This document shows positions 18,767-28,579 of a stretch of DNA of 64,000 bases, piece after piece (the stretch's first letter is position 1; each line of letters opens with the position of its first letter). Source of the stretch: Calditrichia bacterium (GTDB lineage: Bacteria > Calditrichota > Calditrichia > RBG-13-44-9 > J075); assembly GCA_050633245.1 (NCBI GenBank), contig JBOEGD010000001.1:240463-304462 (forward strand), in the 5' to 3' direction. Both the position numbers and the translations under genes were made by a program. The notes below the pieces were generated by a model that did no database searches, was not told the origin of the DNA, and saw only the letters and a program-made list of their open reading frames with translations.

Positions 18767-19756
18767 TTAATTATTCATCGCAAATCCACTTTTGCGCTTT
18801 TCAATCAACCGATCGATGTCTTCCCTGGTCATTTCCATATAGAAATTAACATCGGTTTTGTTTTGCTGAATATCTATTTTGTTAATCACATCCATCGCAT
18901 CGCGGTCACTTCCCATTGAAAGCTTGGCCATTGCCATTATTCCCTTAAAGGAATCGTGAAAGAGCAGTGCATTTTCACTATTGTCAAAATGTCCACGACC
19001 ATCTACCTTCAGATTCTTTGAGACATCCATCGACATATGCACTTCTTGGATTGAGCGAATTGCCGGCATGCGATCGAGCGCTTCATCAGACATCTGTGCC
19101 ATCATCTCATCCATCATCGTAGCGGCATCAACAACTGCCCAAAAGGTGTCTTTGAAACGTAGTTTGTTGATGGACGCTTTCAGTGCTTCGTTTGATAATG
19201 TGCTGGACTCATTACTGAAATTATCCAGCCAGGCTTTTACCATATCTTTTTTCCCGGCTACAACATGATGCTGATCGGCAAAGCAAAAGCTATTGTCGTT
19301 ATTGTCCGGCATATATATCGTAAAGCTCTCGTAGCTTTCATTTAGCAGCCTGCCTTCTCGATCTTTCTCTTTAATGAAGTTCAGCATGCGGTCAGGGTCG
19401 AAGCTACCTTTTGCAATTACTAAACCTGCCTTCTCATGATCATTTCCCGGTCTGTTGAAGGCGATAATCAATTCATCCACATCCGTGCGAACATCGAAGC
19501 CGGTTGCTTCAATCATTTCCTGATAATCGCTGGTGTCATCCATTCGTTTTTCCATAGAGTCTACGATGGAGGAAAACATCGGACTCGTGCGCAGCTTATC
19601 CAGGTTCATGTAGGCAATTCCTCGCACGTCGGAGGGAATGTTTGCTAACTCAGCGGTTACTGTGGCACTCATTCCGCTAGAGCCACGGTCGCTGCAGTTT
19701 AGAACTAATCCGGCGATCAGCAGCATTGCCATTGCTAGTTTTAAAAATGTTTTCAT
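18767..19756 (-). CDS. Putative lipoprotein of unknown function in ABC exporter operon
   Basis: Signal MKTFLKLAMAMLLIAGLVLNC; GGAG RBS; 9 bp downstream of the permease. Confidence 0.75.
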   Translation of the reverse strand: MKTFLKLAMAMLLIAGLVLNCSDRGSSGMSATVTAELANIPSDVRGIAYMNLDKLRTSPMFSSIVDSMEKRMDDTSDYQEMIEATGFDVRTDVDELIIAFNRPGNDHEKAGLVIAKGSFDPDRMLNFIKEKDREGRLLNESYESFTIYMPDNNDNSFCFADQHHVVAGKKDMVKAWLDNFSNESSTLSNEALKASINKLRFKDTFWAVVDAATMMDEMMAQMSDEALDRMPAIRSIQEVHMSMDVSKNLKVDGRGHFDNSENALLFHDSFKGIMAMAKLSMGSDRDAMDVINKIDIQQNKTDVNFYMEMTREDIDRLIEKRKSGFAMNN

Positions 19757-19765
19757 TACGTCTCC

Positions 19766-20593
19766 TTAAAAATTTTTACGGCTGAAAACAAAGCTTGCCG
19801 AAGCAAACATTAGAATTCCGAACAGGAGCGATGTCCAGAACGGAAGCCAGCTTGTTATTGGTTCGAGTGTTACTAATTGCTTCGTTATGTTGCCGAGTTC
19901 GGCAGTTTTGGGTAGAAAATGATACAGTCCATCTAGTGCGTAACCGTAATATTTACTCGACAAGAGAGCATAAATGTTATCACGTGCCAGAAGCAGTGGA
20001 CTTAAAAAAAGAATCAAAAAATATGTTATCATAAGGGCAAATGGGCCGCTTTGAACCAATACGCTCAGAAATGTCATAAGCGCAAATAAAATTGCGAACG
20101 TTATGATGATCATTCCACCGGCGTAGAGAAATCCCATATTCCAGATTCCGGTTTTCAGAGATAGAACAAGCCACGAAAAGATCATCATATAGGCAATGTT
20201 AAATGCGACTACTGCAACAGCACCGAGATAGCGCCCCAAAAGGATTTGGAACCGGCTAAGTGGCTTAGATATCAGCAGATCGATGCTGCCTTTTTGCAAA
20301 AATGATGGTACCAGGCTGCTTGTTGCAAACAGCGCCAGGAAAATTCCTGCAGTAAATAGAAGTGCGGCAATAACACCCTCGATTCCAAAAATAATCTCCT
20401 GCAAACCAACCATTCTATCCATATCTTCACCGAAGATACTAACGCTGGATTCAAGACCATTTACAATGTCCAGATTAAGGGCAAATATCAATAGAAGGTT
20501 GAAGATTGTGGCAATAGCAAAAAAGGCAATGAATGTCTTTTTTGCAAATGACTCACGAATAGTTAATTGGATAACGGCTAAGAGCTTGGTCAT
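19766..20593 (-). CDS. ABC-2 type transporter permease
   Basis: Multiple TM helices; GSIDLLISKPLSRFQILLGRYLG motif. Confidence 0.9.
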   Translation of the reverse strand: MTKLLAVIQLTIRESFAKKTFIAFFAIATIFNLLLIFALNLDIVNGLESSVSIFGEDMDRMVGLQEIIFGIEGVIAALLFTAGIFLALFATSSLVPSFLQKGSIDLLISKPLSRFQILLGRYLGAVAVVAFNIAYMMIFSWLVLSLKTGIWNMGFLYAGGMIIITFAILFALMTFLSVLVQSGPFALMITYFLILFLSPLLLARDNIYALLSSKYYGYALDGLYHFLPKTAELGNITKQLVTLEPITSWLPFWTSLLFGILMFASASFVFSRKNF

Positions 20594-21543
20594 ACCGACA
20601 CCTCCTCTTGCCGAGGCTTGTCTTCAATAATGTCGATAAAGAAATCCTCCAGCGAAATTTTGCGCGGGATAATTCCTTGAATTACCAGCTGCTGTTCACG
20701 CAACATGTCGATAATATGATTTAACTGGGCATCATCTTCAACAGAAATGACGGTTTTTCCTTTAATATCCTGAACCGGTACATGAAGTTCTTTGCAAAGA
20801 ATTTTTAGCGCAAGATCTTCTCCTCCGAGTTGAACTTCATACTGCTGCTTAACAGAGATTAACTCGTCCACGCTTCCCTGACGAACCAACTGTCCTTTTT
20901 TCAGGATAGCAACTTCATCCGAAATCCGCTCGACTTCGGACAAGAGGTGTGAATTCAAGAATATTGTTTTCCCCTCATTGCGAAGCGAATTTAACAGCTC
21001 GCGAATTTCACGCCGACCAACCGGATCGATACCGTCGGTTGGTTCATCGAGAAAGAGCAGGTCGGGTTCATTCATCAATGCTTGAGCAATGCCTACGCGC
21101 TGCATCATCCCTTTGGAATATTTGCGAATACGCGTATCGCCCCAATCCTGCAAATTAACCCGCTTAAGCAGAACCGGAATGCGACTCTTCAGGTTATTGG
21201 GACTCACTCCAGCCATCTTGCCAAAGTAGTAGAGTACCTGATTGGCGGTTAGAAAATCTGGAAACCGGTGGTTCTCGGCCAGGTAGCCCAAGCGTTCATG
21301 AATTTGCGCATTGCTGATATCTTCTCCCAGTAGAGTAGCGTTGCCGCCTGTGGGGAAGACAATTCCAAGTAGCAGCTTTATTAGCGTCGTTTTACCCGCA
21401 CCGTTTGGTCCAAGTAGACTAAAAACTTTCCCGCGTTCTACATTTAGCGAAACTTCTGTAAGAGCCTTAATTTGACCGCGCTGATAGTGTTTAGTTAGTT
21501 CTCGTGTTTCGATCGCGTTCAAGAAATCCTCATTCGTTATCAT
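20590..21543 (-). CDS. ABC transporter ATP-binding protein
   Basis: GPNGAGKTT, YSKGMMQR, LDEPT, NSH. Confidence 0.95.
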   Translation of the reverse strand: MITNEDFLNAIETRELTKHYQRGQIKALTEVSLNVERGKVFSLLGPNGAGKTTLIKLLLGIVFPTGGNATLLGEDISNAQIHERLGYLAENHRFPDFLTANQVLYYFGKMAGVSPNNLKSRIPVLLKRVNLQDWGDTRIRKYSKGMMQRVGIAQALMNEPDLLFLDEPTDGIDPVGRREIRELLNSLRNEGKTIFLNSHLLSEVERISDEVAILKKGQLVRQGSVDELISVKQQYEVQLGGEDLALKILCKELHVPVQDIKGKTVISVEDDAQLNHIIDMLREQQLVIQGIIPRKISLEDFFIDIIEDKPRQEEVSV

Positions 21544-21758
21544 CTTTTATTAAAAAAGTGCTGCACCAAATAACTTGTTTTTGATGAACAACACACTTTT
21601 TTTACGGGTATCTGGGTTATTTGTTACGGATGGAATGAATCTACCTATTAATTTCCGAAACACAAATGCCTGGGCAAACTTGAGATTGTTACACTCCTTC
21701 GGTTATCCTTCTAAATATATAAAACAACATACACCCCGAATAAACCAAAGGCGACAGC

Positions 21759-23327
21759 ATGAAACTATCAATTCTACTCGCGGCAATTCTATTTCTCTTC
21801 TCAGGAGGGATGGCACAAACATTTGAAAACCATATTGCATCCCGCGTTCTGTATTTTGATCAAAATGGTTTAACTAGTCAGGAAGCAGCCCAGACGCATG
21901 TTGCCGTTCCTGCTTCTGTATTCTCTTATACCTCGGAGGGGGTAGTCTCATATGGAGGTTCTTTTTATCAGACGTATAATGCTCAGTATGATGCTCCTTC
22001 AGATATTTATGTGATCAAGAGTTCAGATGGAATTAACTGGTCATCTCCGGTTGAGGCGAGCGATGATATTGCAATGACATCCCAATTTTGGCCGTCTATG
22101 GCAGTTTACGGAGATCCGGTAAATCCCAGGATATTGGTTGTCTGGAATGACCAGAGAGACGGAACAAATTTGTCACAGGTGCGGATCGCAACCAGTTCAG
22201 ATGGAGGGCAGACGTTTTCACCTTCTATCGCAATTAGTGCACATTCGAATGCTGTAATTACGTTTGCCGACTGTGACGCTGATGATAATGGAAACCTCTA
22301 TGTGGTATGGGGATATCAGACCCTCTCAAACTTTTTGAATGAAACCTGGTTTAGCAAGAGCACAGATAATGGAGCAACCTGGGATGTACCCAAACAGATC
22401 TATTCTGAACGGCAATATTCGTATCCTCCGGCAATTTCTGCGAGAGGAAATGGAGAGCTCTTTGTGACGGTTGTCGCCGATCAGTTTTTTAAAACCAATC
22501 TTGTTGCTCTGCATAGTACTGATGGTGGAGCAAACTTTGCTACTCGTCCACAAATCACCAATTATGACGGTTCAAACGGTAATGAAGGGCCCTATCGAAC
22601 CTACTCTATGATTGAAGACGGGGCGAACCTGCACATACTCTACCCTTTTATCACTAACGGTGAGTTAGTCAGTTTTGGATATAGTCAATCGACCGATTTT
22701 GGATTCAGTTGGTCTAATCCGGGTATTGCATTGGATACTACCCTGCTAAGCTACCAAAATACTGTAAATCTTCGGAACTCCGTAGATATTGCGATTTCCG
22801 ATCAGGGCATTTTATATGCGGTTCGTGCGGATTTACATCAGGATCCTGCTCAGCTAAATTACGATGTGTATCTCTCCCGTTCGGCTGATGATGGACAAAC
22901 CTGGGAAGAAATAATGATAGTAAATGAAATGCCGGACATTGAGGAACAGGCCTATGCGCAGCTTTCAGTAAAGTCTTCCGGAACATTGGATACGGTATTG
23001 GTGACTTGGCTAGAGCAGCGGGTTGTAAGCGGTATTGAAGATGAACTCTCGGGACTTGCGGACAATTTTAAGCTTAAGCAGAACTATCCGAATCCGTTTA
23101 ATCCGTCAACAACTATTGCCTACTCACTTAATCGTGCTGCCAGCGTCTCAATTGCAGTTTATGATAACTCCGGCAGACGTGTTGCCAATCTTGAACAGGG
23201 GATGCAGCCAGCCGGTTCCTATACTACACCTTTCGTGGCTGAGGAACTCGCCAGCGGCGTGTACCACTACAGTCTTGAAATTGATGGTGTTTCCGTGCAG
23301 TCATGCAAAATGGTTTTGATAAAATAG
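21759..23327 (+). CDS. Secreted BNR/Asp-box (sialidase-like) repeat protein with T9SS-type C-terminal domain
   Basis: Signal peptide; six Asp boxes (SSDGINW, SSDGGQTF, STDNGATW, STDGGANF, STDFGFSW, SADDGQTW); LKQNYPNPFNPST..ASGVY..KMVLIK. Confidence 0.88.
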   Translation: MKLSILLAAILFLFSGGMAQTFENHIASRVLYFDQNGLTSQEAAQTHVAVPASVFSYTSEGVVSYGGSFYQTYNAQYDAPSDIYVIKSSDGINWSSPVEASDDIAMTSQFWPSMAVYGDPVNPRILVVWNDQRDGTNLSQVRIATSSDGGQTFSPSIAISAHSNAVITFADCDADDNGNLYVVWGYQTLSNFLNETWFSKSTDNGATWDVPKQIYSERQYSYPPAISARGNGELFVTVVADQFFKTNLVALHSTDGGANFATRPQITNYDGSNGNEGPYRTYSMIEDGANLHILYPFITNGELVSFGYSQSTDFGFSWSNPGIALDTTLLSYQNTVNLRNSVDIAISDQGILYAVRADLHQDPAQLNYDVYLSRSADDGQTWEEIMIVNEMPDIEEQAYAQLSVKSSGTLDTVLVTWLEQRVVSGIEDELSGLADNFKLKQNYPNPFNPSTTIAYSLNRAASVSIAVYDNSGRRVANLEQGMQPAGSYTTPFVAEELASGVYHYSLEIDGVSVQSCKMVLIK

Positions 23328-23346
23328 ACCGGCTATGCTTAGAGAT

Positions 23347-23550
23347 CGCCCTCCTTCGTCAGGCTGATATGGGGTAGAGCGCTCACTTTGTTCGCTGGTA
23401 GTCCACCCTCCTTCGTCGGGCTGGTAGGGAGTCGTACATTCCTCGTTCCCCGGAACTTGTAGTAACTACCCCCTTACCAGCTTAAGCCGTAGGCTGAAGC
23501 GTCCTACCCCCAACCAGTCCCGAGAATCGGGACGTCCCACCCCCTACAGC
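23347..23550. repeat. Modular hairpin/inverted repeat cluster between convergent genes
   Basis: CGCCCTCCTTCGTCAGGCTGATA (23347-23369) and CACCCTCCTTCGTCGGGCTGGTA (23404-23426), plus inverted GGGGTAG..GCTGGTA / TACCAGC..CTACCCC units. A related copy lies at 53694-53716. Confidence 0.7.
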
Positions 23551-23570
23551 CGCAGAGCCGCGACCTTTCA

Positions 23571-25181
23571 TTACAGGTGTTTATAAGCAGGCAACGTCAG
23601 AAAGTCAATAAAGCTTTTGTCGCTCACCAGATCGTCGAGAATAGAGGCGGCGAGAGCGAACTTACCCTTGCCGTAGAGGGCATCTCCCCACATCGCCTTA
23701 ATTTTGGCCTGTTCTTCCGGAACCATTGAGCGAAATAGTTCGAGCGTTACTTCCCGACCATCATCGAGAATGCCATTCGGGCTATAAACCCAGTTCCAGA
23801 TTTGTGCTCTCGATATTTCTGCAGTGGCAGCATCCTCCATCAGATTGTAAATTCCAGCGGCACCAACACCGCGCAGCCAGGATTCGATATATTGTATGGC
23901 AACGTTAATATTGTGTCGCAATCCATTCTCGGTAATTTTTCCACCCGGAATAGTGAAATTCATTAAGTCTGCCGCCGAAACGTTGACGTCCTCGCGCATC
24001 ACATCTTTTTGATGCGGGCGTTCGCCCAGGACGCGCTTCATTTCCTCACGAGCAACAGCAACCAGATCCGGATGTGCAACCCATGTTCCTTCGAAGCCAT
24101 CGTTTGCTTCACGAACTTTATCGGCACGAACTTTCTCGAAAGCTACGCGATTTACCTCTTCGTCTCTGCGGCTGGGAATAAAGGCTGCCATACCGCCAAT
24201 GGCATGCGCACCACGCTTGTGGCAGGTTTGCACCAGCAAATCGGTATATGCGCGCATAAACGGCGCCTGCATGGTTACCTGGCCCCGGTCCGGAATCAGA
24301 AAGCCCGGCTGATTGCGGAATTTCTTGATGACGCTGAAGATATAATCCCAGCGTCCGGCATTGATGCCGGCAATATGATCCTTCAATTCATATAGCAATT
24401 CTTCGATCTCAAATGAAAGCAAGATGTTTTCAAGTAAAACCGTTACCTTAATGCTGCCGCGGTTAATGCCCATTTCATCCTGCGCCAGATTAAATACGTC
24501 ATTCCAAAGCCGCCCTTCCAGATGACTTTCCAGCTTCGGCAGATAAAAGTAAGGCCCGCTGCCTTTTCCAAGCAGTGTTTTAGCATTATGAAAGAAATAC
24601 AGACCAAAATCCATTAGTGAACCGGAAATCGGCTCGCCATCAATAGTAATGTGTTTATCGTATAGATGCCAGCCGCGCGGTCGCACCAGAAGCAGCGAGA
24701 TGTTCTCATTTAAGGCATACTCTTTGCCTTTGGCATTGGTAAACGAGATGGTGCCGTTAATCGCGTCGCGTAAGTTGATTTGTCCGGATACCTGATTCTC
24801 CCAGGTCGGTGAGTTGGCGTCTTCAAAGTCTGCCATAAAGACGTCCGCACCGGAATTCAGCGCGTTAATAACCATTTTGCGATCAACCGGGCCGGTAATT
24901 TCCACCGTGCGTCTTTGCAGGTCTTCTGGAATGGGTGCAACTTGCCAGCTGGCGTCTTCCCGGATATGGGAAGTTGCAGCAAGAAAATCGGGTAACTCAC
25001 CGGCATCGATACGCGTTTGGCGATCTGCGCGTGCCTGCAAAAGTTCTTTGCGCTTTGGGTTGAAGTTGCGATGGAGTTTGGCAATAAAGCTAAGTGCGTC
25101 AGGTGTAAGGATTTCTTCAAATGCTTGATGTATGGTGCCGTGAATCTCGACGCCAGAAGGTGTATTGATCGACTTGCTCAT
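23571..25181 (-). CDS. aceB: Malate synthase A
   Basis: [76 protein letters not shown]. Confidence 0.97.
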   Translation of the reverse strand: MSKSINTPSGVEIHGTIHQAFEEILTPDALSFIAKLHRNFNPKRKELLQARADRQTRIDAGELPDFLAATSHIREDASWQVAPIPEDLQRRTVEITGPVDRKMVINALNSGADVFMADFEDANSPTWENQVSGQINLRDAINGTISFTNAKGKEYALNENISLLLVRPRGWHLYDKHITIDGEPISGSLMDFGLYFFHNAKTLLGKGSGPYFYLPKLESHLEGRLWNDVFNLAQDEMGINRGSIKVTVLLENILLSFEIEELLYELKDHIAGINAGRWDYIFSVIKKFRNQPGFLIPDRGQVTMQAPFMRAYTDLLVQTCHKRGAHAIGGMAAFIPSRRDEEVNRVAFEKVRADKVREANDGFEGTWVAHPDLVAVAREEMKRVLGERPHQKDVMREDVNVSAADLMNFTIPGGKITENGLRHNINVAIQYIESWLRGVGAAGIYNLMEDAATAEISRAQIWNWVYSPNGILDDGREVTLELFRSMVPEEQAKIKAMWGDALYGKGKFALAASILDDLVSDKSFIDFLTLPAYKHL

Positions 25182-25224
25182 GGAAGACCTCTTTGGTTTT
25201 GGCGATGGTTCTATATACTATATC

Positions 25225-25240
25225 CGGCATAATTATCGCA
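25225..25240 (+). promoter_or_regulatory. Possible sigma-54 (-24/-12) promoter
   Basis: CGGCATAATTATCGCA has the GG-N10-GC spacing, about 180 bp upstream of ORF 25419. Imperfect match that could be chance. Confidence 0.25.
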
Positions 25241-25418
25241 AAAATCGAATATAGGAATTTTTTCACAAGGTTTGTAGTGTTTTTCAGCACTTTTGCCGGA
25301 GAATTCTGATCTAAAAAGCCACAGTTTGTTCTATATTAGAAAGAGGTTTTATTTTCTCCTCATATCCGATATGTTATTGTAAACCTCCCTTAAATAAACT
25401 TAACATTATGGAACTTCA

Positions 25419-25784
25419 ATGGAGAAGTTGGTTCATCGAATATCCTTGATTTGTCTTTTGCTATCTCTGACTGGCATTTTCTCTTCAGCTATGGCACAAC
25501 CCTCGGAATATGTGGGTTTCCTGAAAAATACTTCAGGAAAAACTATATATCTTTCACTGGATGGGGATCAGGGGCTGGTCGATTTTATCGATATGTTCGA
25601 GTCTAGCAAGCAAATGTTGGCCCTGGAAACGCTTGTTCTATATAATATATCACGTTCCAATAAGCACAATACCCTTCTCTATAAAATATTAAGATCTCAA
25701 TCCAAAAGTATACGAGAGCTGCTTATTACCAGAGCAGCTGATCCGGTTAGTGGATTTTCTTCCAGTAATTTCAGAGCGCGTTAA
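25419..25784 (+). CDS. Hypothetical secreted protein
   Basis: Signal-peptide-like start (ISLICLLLSLTGIFSSAMA). No recognised domain. Confidence 0.55.
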   Translation: MEKLVHRISLICLLLSLTGIFSSAMAQPSEYVGFLKNTSGKTIYLSLDGDQGLVDFIDMFESSKQMLALETLVLYNISRSNKHNTLLYKILRSQSKSIRELLITRAADPVSGFSSSNFRAR

Positions 25785-26192
25785 AGAGTGTTGCACTCTC
25801 TGGCGTTAATCTTACTGAAACTGAATTGTTCAATTTAATTCGCGACTTTCCAAATTTACACTTTAGTGTCTCTTTATATAAGAATAAAAATCGATGCAGA
25901 GCATTCATTAAGCCGGATGCTGCTTATTGGCCTCAAAAGGATGCTAAATAGTCCAGTAGCTGCGGCTCTACAACAATTGCATTCCTCACCTCACTTCACT
26001 ACATTTATAAATAACGGCAATCTATTGAGATTTTATCTGCAAAAATGCGCTCCTTTTAATAAATATCAGTTTGTGACCGCTGCAAATGCTTTGCACGGTT
26101 ACATTAATTATACTGATGAAAAACACCCCGATTTTATTTTCACCCTCAAAAGATTATGAGGGTAAACCTGTTCATTATTGGAGGATATGTTT

Positions 26193-27983
26193 ATGAAGGT
26201 ATGGCAGAAATGGATCTCCCTGCTTTTTTGTGTTTTCCTGGTAACCTTACCGCTGGTTGCTCAGGATGGAGAAGCAGATTCCGGAGAAAACCTTTTCCGT
26301 GCAGAACCGCATGCAGCTTATGTTGCGGGAGAAGTATTAGTAAAGTATAAGGCAAACGCTGATTTGTCCGCTATGGGTGCTCATTTGCAGTCATTGGGCA
26401 TTCAGTCTGTAAAATCATATTCTACGATTCGCGTAGACCGCTGTTCTCTGGGTGATGACATGAGTGTTGAAGATGCACTAAATCAGCTCGCTGAGCATCC
26501 CAGCATTGAATACTGCGAACCAAACTATCTCTACAGCATTTATGATGGTGCCGTGCCAAACGATCCCAGCTACGGATCTCAGTGGGCATTAAACAACACC
26601 GGGCAAACTGGTGGAACAGCAGATGCCGATATCGATGCACCAGAGGCATGGAACATGACGACTGGAAGCGGTTCAATAGTTGTCGGCGTTATCGATACCG
26701 GTGTAGATGACACACATCCTGATTTGGCCGATAACATGTGGCGCAATCCCGGTGAGAGTGGTGGCGGTAAAGAAAGCAATGGCGTCGATGATGACGGTAA
26801 TGGATTTGTAGATGATTATCGCGGTTGGGATTTTGCCAATAATGATAACAATCCTTTTGACGACAATGCTCACGGAACGCACTGTGCGGGTATTCTTGGC
26901 GCTGTTGGGAATAACTCTCGCGGTATCTCGGGCGCAAACTGGTCTGTGAAAATTGTTGGGCTTAAGTTTTTGACCGGGTCGGGCTCAGGAAGCACTGCCG
27001 GAGCAATTGAGGCGATTCTTTATGGGGCCCAGATGGGTTTTCCTATCTTGAGCAACAGCTGGGGTGGCGGCGGTCGCTCACAGGCACTTGCAGATGCGAT
27101 TGAGACAGCCAGCCAGGCCGGTGTCCTTTTTGTTGCTGCCGCGGGAAACTCCAGTAGCAATAACGATCGTTCCGATAATTACCCGTCTAACTACACCTCG
27201 GAAAACGTTTTGGCTGTCGCTGCTTCCGATCATCGTGATCAGCTTTCCAGTTTTTCCAGCTTTGGCCTGACCACAGTTGATCTGGCTGCACCCGGAACAA
27301 ATATTCTCAGTACCACACCCAGTAATAACTATCAATCGTTTAGTGGAACCTCGATGGCCACGCCTTACGTCTCCGGTGTTGCTGCCTTGGCCATGGCGCA
27401 ATTCCCGGGTATTTCGATGACCAACCTGAAATATCGCCTAATGGGCTCAACAGATGCCAAGGCTGCGTTCACAAACGTTACGGTAACTGGTGGAAGATTA
27501 AATGCGCAGAAGGCGCTTGGCACCAGTCCGATGATAGTCGTTGAACCGCGAGGCAACACAACCGATACCAATACCGCCTATACCGTTAACGCCTTTGCCA
27601 CAGATGACGGTCCAATTAATTCTGTTACGCTGGAATACACGCTGAGCGGGACCAATACCGGTGGCGATGTGATTGCGATGACGGGCAACGGTAAGTATAC
27701 GGCAACAATTCCTGCGCAGCCGCTGAATACCACTATCACCTACTTTGCCAAAGCAACTGACGCAAGCGGTGCCACGGTGCAGAGCCTGACGCGTTCGTTT
27801 ATGGTCTCGCTTACCGACGATGGTGGTGGCGGAGGCGGAGGTGGCATTCCATGTGGCTGTGGTGCCTTTGCTCTGAGTATCGATACCGGAAACACAACAA
27901 TGGATTCAATGGCAACATTGTCTCTCAATATTCTATTGGTTGGATTAATTCTGTTGTTTTTTGTTCGTCGTCGCAGAGAATAA
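26193..27983 (+). CDS. S8 subtilase with C-terminal poly-Gly/CGCG/TM/poly-Arg anchor
   Basis: VIDTG, HGTHCAG, GTSMATP; signal peptide; tail GGGGGGGGIPCGCG..LLVGLILLFFVRRRRE. GGAGG RBS. Confidence 0.93.
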   Translation: MKVWQKWISLLFCVFLVTLPLVAQDGEADSGENLFRAEPHAAYVAGEVLVKYKANADLSAMGAHLQSLGIQSVKSYSTIRVDRCSLGDDMSVEDALNQLAEHPSIEYCEPNYLYSIYDGAVPNDPSYGSQWALNNTGQTGGTADADIDAPEAWNMTTGSGSIVVGVIDTGVDDTHPDLADNMWRNPGESGGGKESNGVDDDGNGFVDDYRGWDFANNDNNPFDDNAHGTHCAGILGAVGNNSRGISGANWSVKIVGLKFLTGSGSGSTAGAIEAILYGAQMGFPILSNSWGGGGRSQALADAIETASQAGVLFVAAAGNSSSNNDRSDNYPSNYTSENVLAVAASDHRDQLSSFSSFGLTTVDLAAPGTNILSTTPSNNYQSFSGTSMATPYVSGVAALAMAQFPGISMTNLKYRLMGSTDAKAAFTNVTVTGGRLNAQKALGTSPMIVVEPRGNTTDTNTAYTVNAFATDDGPINSVTLEYTLSGTNTGGDVIAMTGNGKYTATIPAQPLNTTITYFAKATDASGATVQSLTRSFMVSLTDDGGGGGGGGIPCGCGAFALSIDTGNTTMDSMATLSLNILLVGLILLFFVRRRRE

Positions 27984-28002
27984 ATAACGGTGAGGTAAAG
28001 AG

Positions 28003-28428
28003 ATGAAACGCTTTTCATCCAGACTATCCGGGCGCGCAATACTTTTACTTATGGCGCTGCTGTTTGGTGCACAGGATTGCGATGCGCTGTTGGAAGAAAA
28101 AGTCGAGGCACCGCCACTGCCGGCAAACATGATTGAAGGTGAGATGCCTGTATTAAGCGTCGATTCGGTTTTTGCCGCTGGTGAGGAAACGATGGTGACC
28201 CTTACTGTGCAGAGTCCCGATCCCTGCTGGAGCTATCATCGTTACGACGCTAAGCGCGATGGCCGCACGCTTCTGGTGAAAATTTTTGGCAAGCGCGAGA
28301 AAGACGCAATGTGCGCTCAAATGATCAGCTCATTTCAGGCAACCCTCGGGATGCCTGTGGAAGAAGCACGCATCAAGTTCTGGCAATCTGCCGAGGCAAC
28401 CCTCGATACAACAATCCGCGTTCAGTAA
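28003..28428 (+). CDS. Putative exported/lipoprotein co-transcribed with the S8 protease
   Basis: Signal ending LFGAQDC; Cys pair PDPCW..MCAQMI; GAGGT RBS; 19 bp after the protease stop. Confidence 0.75.
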   Translation: MKRFSSRLSGRAILLLMALLFGAQDCDALLEEKVEAPPLPANMIEGEMPVLSVDSVFAAGEETMVTLTVQSPDPCWSYHRYDAKRDGRTLLVKIFGKREKDAMCAQMISSFQATLGMPVEEARIKFWQSAEATLDTTIRVQ

Positions 28429-28438
28429 TGACCTTCTT

Positions 28439-28471
28439 AAAAGCCGGCAACATTGTTGCCGGCTTTTGTTT
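28439..28471 (+). terminator. Rho-independent terminator
   Basis: AAAAGCCGGCAACA-T-TGTTGCCGGCTTTTGTTT hairpin with U tract directly after 28428. Confidence 0.85.
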
Positions 28472-28579
28472 CTCCTGCACTACAAAAATATTATCCACCT
28501 ATTTTGTTTGAAATCGCACCAATTTTCCCTTATCTTCCTTCCTTACACCATTCGAATAGAAACTAAGGACATCTGATAG

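Noticed and set aside
23347-23550. Possible mini-CRISPR or tRNA
   Set aside because: Only two degenerate direct copies, mixed orientations and no cloverleaf or T-loop motif.
23571-25181. aceB without adjacent aceA
   Set aside because: The two genes are often unlinked; this cannot be judged from one window.
25866-26159. 97-aa ORF upstream of the second S8 protease
   Set aside because: GTG start without RBS, AT-rich promoter-like sequence and no recognisable motif; probably non-coding.
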